This document shows positions 60,652 to 64,000 of a stretch of DNA of 64,000 bases, piece by piece (the stretch's first letter is position 1; the number at the start of each line of letters is the position of its first letter). Below the pieces are notes generated by a model that did no database searches, had not been told where the DNA came from, and saw only the letters and a list, made by a program, of their open reading frames with translations. Source of the stretch: a virus (taxonomy: Duplodnaviria; Caudoviricetes); the IMG/VR virus record IMGVR_UViG_3300017774_004101, positions 33,362 to 97,361 of that record; one strand, written 5' to 3'. A program made the translations under genes and the position numbers.

Positions 60652-62382
60652 ATGGCAGATACTACATTTTTCACCCGATTAAAAAAACTTTTCTCTACAA
60701 AGGCAGTTGTTACTGTCGATGCTAGTGGAAAACGAAAAGTTTTTGATGCGGATGAAAAACAACAAACTAACTTATCTTCATTAAAAGATAGGTACACAAA
60801 AATACAAAAATCTTTTTATGAACAAGCAGGTGGTGCACAATCAATGGCATACGCTCAAGTTCGTAGAGAAGTATTTAGAGATTTTGATGCAATGGACCAA
60901 GACCCAATTATAGCATCTGCATTAGATATTTACGCTGATGAATCTACACTTAAAAACGAATTTGGTGATATCTTAACAATTCGTTCAGATAATCAAAGAG
61001 TACAAGAATTATTAGAAAATCTTTTTTATGATATTCTTAATGTTGAATTCAATCTATGGCCGTGGACACGTAATATGTGTAAATATGGTGATTTCTTTTT
61101 AGGACTTGAGATTGCTGAAGGTAAAGGTATAGTAAACGTTACTCCACACTCACAATACAATACTGAAAGAATAGAAGGACATGACCCTGAGAATACCTCA
61201 CTTGTTAAATTCAAAGTACAAGAAGACCCAATTGGTAAAGTAGAGTATGATAACTTTGAAATGGCCCATTTCCGTTTATTATCGGATACCAACTGGTTAC
61301 CTTATGGTAAATCAATGATTGAAAATGGTAGAAGGTTATGGAAACAATTATCTCTAATGGAAGATGCGATGTTAATTCATCGTATTATGAGAGCACCTGA
61401 AAAAAGAGTGTTTAAAATTGATATTGGTAATATTCCACCAACGGAAGTTGATAACTACATGCAAAAGATTATCAATAAGATGAAAAAAGTTCCATTCTTA
61501 GATAAAACAAGTGGTGATTATAATTTAAAGTATAATATGCAAAATCTTACGGAAGATTTTTATCTACCGGTAAGAGGTGGTGATAGTGGAACTGCTATTG
61601 AAAACTTAGCAGGATTAGAATACGCTTCAATTGAAGATATTGATTATCTGAAAGCTAAATTATTTGCTGCATTAAAAATTCCTAAAGCATATTTGGGATA
61701 TGATGAAAATGTAAATGGTAAAGCAACCCTAGCAGCAGAAGATGTTCGTTTTGCAAGAACAATCGAAAGAATCCAAAGAACAATTACTTCAGAATTATCT
61801 AAAATAGCAGTTATCCACTTATATGGTAATGGTATTCAAGATTCTGAAATGACTAATTTTGAAATTGGATTAGTTAACCCATCTACAATCTACGAACAAG
61901 AGAAAGTAAATTTATGGAGTGAGAAAATTCGTTTAGCAACTGATATGGCTGCATTGAAAATGTTATCTAAAGATTGGATATATGAAAATATATTTAAATT
62001 ATCAGAAACCGAACAAACTGAACAACGAGGTAAAGTAGTTGAGGATTTAAAGGATGTATTCCGTTATAACTCAATAGAAAACGATGGTAACGACCCTGCA
62101 AACCCTCCAAAACAAAACGATGTTGAAGAAAGTTTAGAAAATCTTAAAACAGAATTGAAAGATAAAGGTGGTAGACCCCGCGAAGGTAATACTTATGGTA
62201 AAGACAAACATCCTTATGGAAGAGACCCATTAGGTGATGATGAGAGAACTTCAAAAAGAAGTAGAACATCTGAAACAAAAGCAATGAATTACATCAATGG
62301 GATTTCATCAAAAAAGAAATATTTACACGAAACTAAAGATATGTTAGATGAAACTAATATTATCGATGATACGGAAAATTAA
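60652..62382 (+). CDS. gp20: Portal protein (T4 gp20-like)
   Basis: LMEDAMLIHRIMRAPEKRVFKIDIGN, EDFYLPVRGG, LFAALKIP. Confidence 0.93.
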   Translation: MADTTFFTRLKKLFSTKAVVTVDASGKRKVFDADEKQQTNLSSLKDRYTKIQKSFYEQAGGAQSMAYAQVRREVFRDFDAMDQDPIIASALDIYADESTLKNEFGDILTIRSDNQRVQELLENLFYDILNVEFNLWPWTRNMCKYGDFFLGLEIAEGKGIVNVTPHSQYNTERIEGHDPENTSLVKFKVQEDPIGKVEYDNFEMAHFRLLSDTNWLPYGKSMIENGRRLWKQLSLMEDAMLIHRIMRAPEKRVFKIDIGNIPPTEVDNYMQKIINKMKKVPFLDKTSGDYNLKYNMQNLTEDFYLPVRGGDSGTAIENLAGLEYASIEDIDYLKAKLFAALKIPKAYLGYDENVNGKATLAAEDVRFARTIERIQRTITSELSKIAVIHLYGNGIQDSEMTNFEIGLVNPSTIYEQEKVNLWSEKIRLATDMAALKMLSKDWIYENIFKLSETEQTEQRGKVVEDLKDVFRYNSIENDGNDPANPPKQNDVEESLENLKTELKDKGGRPREGNTYGKDKHPYGRDPLGDDERTSKRSRTSETKAMNYINGISSKKKYLHETKDMLDETNIIDDTEN

Positions 62383-62449
62383 TCTAACTTCTAATTTTTT
62401 ATATTTATATATAGAAATTTGAGTCTATCAAAATAAGGATTTAAAAACA

Positions 62450-63319
62450 ATGAAAAAAATTAAACATTCGAAATTTAAAAATACTGGGTTTTTATTCGAA
62501 CTATTAACTCGTCAAATCACGTTGGAGATTTTAAATAATGCTCCGGTTGAGAAGGCTAAAAAAATAGTACAAGAATTTTTTGGTGGTAAAACTGAATTAG
62601 CAAAAGAATTGCGTTTATTCAATTTACTTACAACTGAAAAATATAATTCAGAAAGCAAAGCAGAAAAATTTATTGATGCTATTATCGAAACTCGTACTAA
62701 ATTAGATGAAACTAAATTATTAAGAGAAAAATATAATTTAGTAAAGGCTATTAAAGAAAATTTCAATATTGAAGAATTTGTTGCTTCTCCTGTTTCTAAT
62801 TATAGAGTATTAGCATCGGTTCATAAGATTTTTGAAGCAAAGATACAAGATGTAACTAATGTTAAGGATGTATTTGATGCTAAGATTACATTAGTAGAAC
62901 ACGTATCTACAACCCAAACATCTATTAAGAAGATTGAAGATAAATTAATGGAAACATATAAGAATCAAGAAAAAGATTTGAGATTGTTGACATATAAAAT
63001 TCTAATTGAAACATTTAACAATAAATACACTAACTTAAACGACGACCAAAAAGGTCTTTTAAGAGAATTTATTAATAATGTTAATAACACTTCTAAATTC
63101 GGTGAATACTATGATTCACAATTAAAGAAAGTGGTGACCGAACTTCATAAATTACATTCCGAAATTAACGATAAAATCACAAAAATTAAATTAAAAGAAA
63201 CTATCAATGTTTTAAAAACACAAAAGATAGGAAAGAAAATTACTGATGAACAAGTTTCAGCGTTGATGATATCATACGAATTAATAAAGGAAATAACCAA
63301 TGTCAGAAAAAAATATTAA
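62450..63319 (+). CDS. Hypothetical helical protein in head-assembly cluster
   Basis: 289-aa ORF right after portal, preceded by ATATTTATA at 62401. Confidence 0.65.
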   Translation: MKKIKHSKFKNTGFLFELLTRQITLEILNNAPVEKAKKIVQEFFGGKTELAKELRLFNLLTTEKYNSESKAEKFIDAIIETRTKLDETKLLREKYNLVKAIKENFNIEEFVASPVSNYRVLASVHKIFEAKIQDVTNVKDVFDAKITLVEHVSTTQTSIKKIEDKLMETYKNQEKDLRLLTYKILIETFNNKYTNLNDDQKGLLREFINNVNNTSKFGEYYDSQLKKVVTELHKLHSEINDKITKIKLKETINVLKTQKIGKKITDEQVSALMISYELIKEITNVRKKY

Positions 63320-64000
63320 ATCTTTTATAGACGAACTTATTAAGGAAGTCGAAGATGAATTAGATGAAGCCAATGTGACAGGTAATGTTGATGGTTACGA
63401 TACTCCTCATGCCTTTTCTGGTAAAAATTCTGATAAAAAAAGAAAAAAAACTGCAACACAATTCGGTTATACATTAGTAAATAATGATATTAATAATATT
63501 GATGAATCCATAAACGAAGATACTAAACGTGTAAATATATTAGGTATAGATTTTAATATAAGTGAAATGAATGGAAGAATATTCTTTTCTTTTATAGATA
63601 AAAAAGCAGCAAGTATTAAAATTAGAGAAATAGGAACTAATAAAATAGTAAATCTTATACAAAATAGTTTAGATAAAGCATATGGTAAGGGCGAGTTTTT
63701 CTTTAAAGGTGGAGACCATGCTGAATTTCAAAATGGATATTTATTCCAACGAAGTATCGGTAATATAAAACTTAATAAACTTAAATTTGAATCAGTAAAC
63801 GAAGCTAAACCATCAGTAGTGGGAAACATGAACGCTTATGGACCATCAAAAGTATTGGGTAAGGGTGGGGAGGTTTTAGGATTTGTTCCAGATACTCCAA
63901 ATGCTATAGCAACTCTAATACAAGATTATCCAACTGTTCAGGCAATAGAATTCAAATCTTCTTTTTTCTTTAATTTTAACTCATATAAGAGTATAAAAAA
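63300..64000 (+). CDS. Putative head-internal modular protein; runs off window end
   Basis: Open frame from ATG 63300: MSEKNIKSFIDELIKEVEDELDE-ANVTG...ESINE-DTK...ESVNE-AKP...; not in ORF track. Confidence 0.75.
   Translation, partial: MSEKNIKSFIDELIKEVEDELDEANVTGNVDGYDTPHAFSGKNSDKKRKKTATQFGYTLVNNDINNIDESINEDTKRVNILGIDFNISEMNGRIFFSFIDKKAASIKIREIGTNKIVNLIQNSLDKAYGKGEFFFKGGDHAEFQNGYLFQRSIGNIKLNKLKFESVNEAKPSVVGNMNAYGPSKVLGKGGEVLGFVPDTPNAIATLIQDYPTVQAIEFKSSFFFNFNSYKSIK

Noticed and set aside
58995-62382. Inteins or introns in terminase or portal
   Set aside because: Lengths are ordinary, motifs are contiguous, and no splice-junction or endonuclease signatures were seen.
1-64000. Stop-codon reassignment as in some large Bacteroidetes phages
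   Set aside because: Standard-code ORFs tile the window with intact long genes, and TAG (282) and TGA (33135) end genes at sensible positions.
1-64000. tRNA, rRNA, CRISPR arrays, transposases, integrase
   Set aside because: None recognised by eye; intergenic gaps are short. A tRNA/covariance scan was not run.

Overview
AT-rich, very gene-dense segment of a large T4-like (myovirus-type) phage genome, almost entirely on the + strand and readable in the standard code. Two -33/-7 promoters and A-rich starts mostly lacking Shine-Dalgarno sites point to a Bacteroidetes host. Order: carbamoyltransferase tail and Ntn-hydrolase; baseplate/tail module (gp5-like hub, CHAP and GH19 hydrolases, gp25, gp6, large wedge proteins); sulfotransferase, GIY-YIG nuclease, primase and a fused Mre11-Rad50; an unlisted minus-strand RHH regulator; a 1726-aa S74 tail fibre, a polyproline protein and a prolyl-4-hydroxylase-like oxygenase; a ~17.6-kb glycan biosynthesis island; a 1610-aa multi-enzyme protein; then terminase and portal. 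Best candidates for new biology, all hypotheses from manual reading without database searches: (1) phage-encoded virion glycosylation, combining an extensin-like poly-Pro protein, a P4H, a strong [S/T]-G-S enrichment in tail/baseplate proteins and eukaryote-like GT7/sulfotransferase enzymes; (2) capsid cargo proteins cut into modules at (I/L/V)-x-E / ES(I/V)NE sites, including an Ntn-hydrolase whose catalytic Cys would be unmasked by such a cut; (3) a strand-oriented ATA(T/C)TTATA promoter motif that is the reverse complement of the T4 late promoter.
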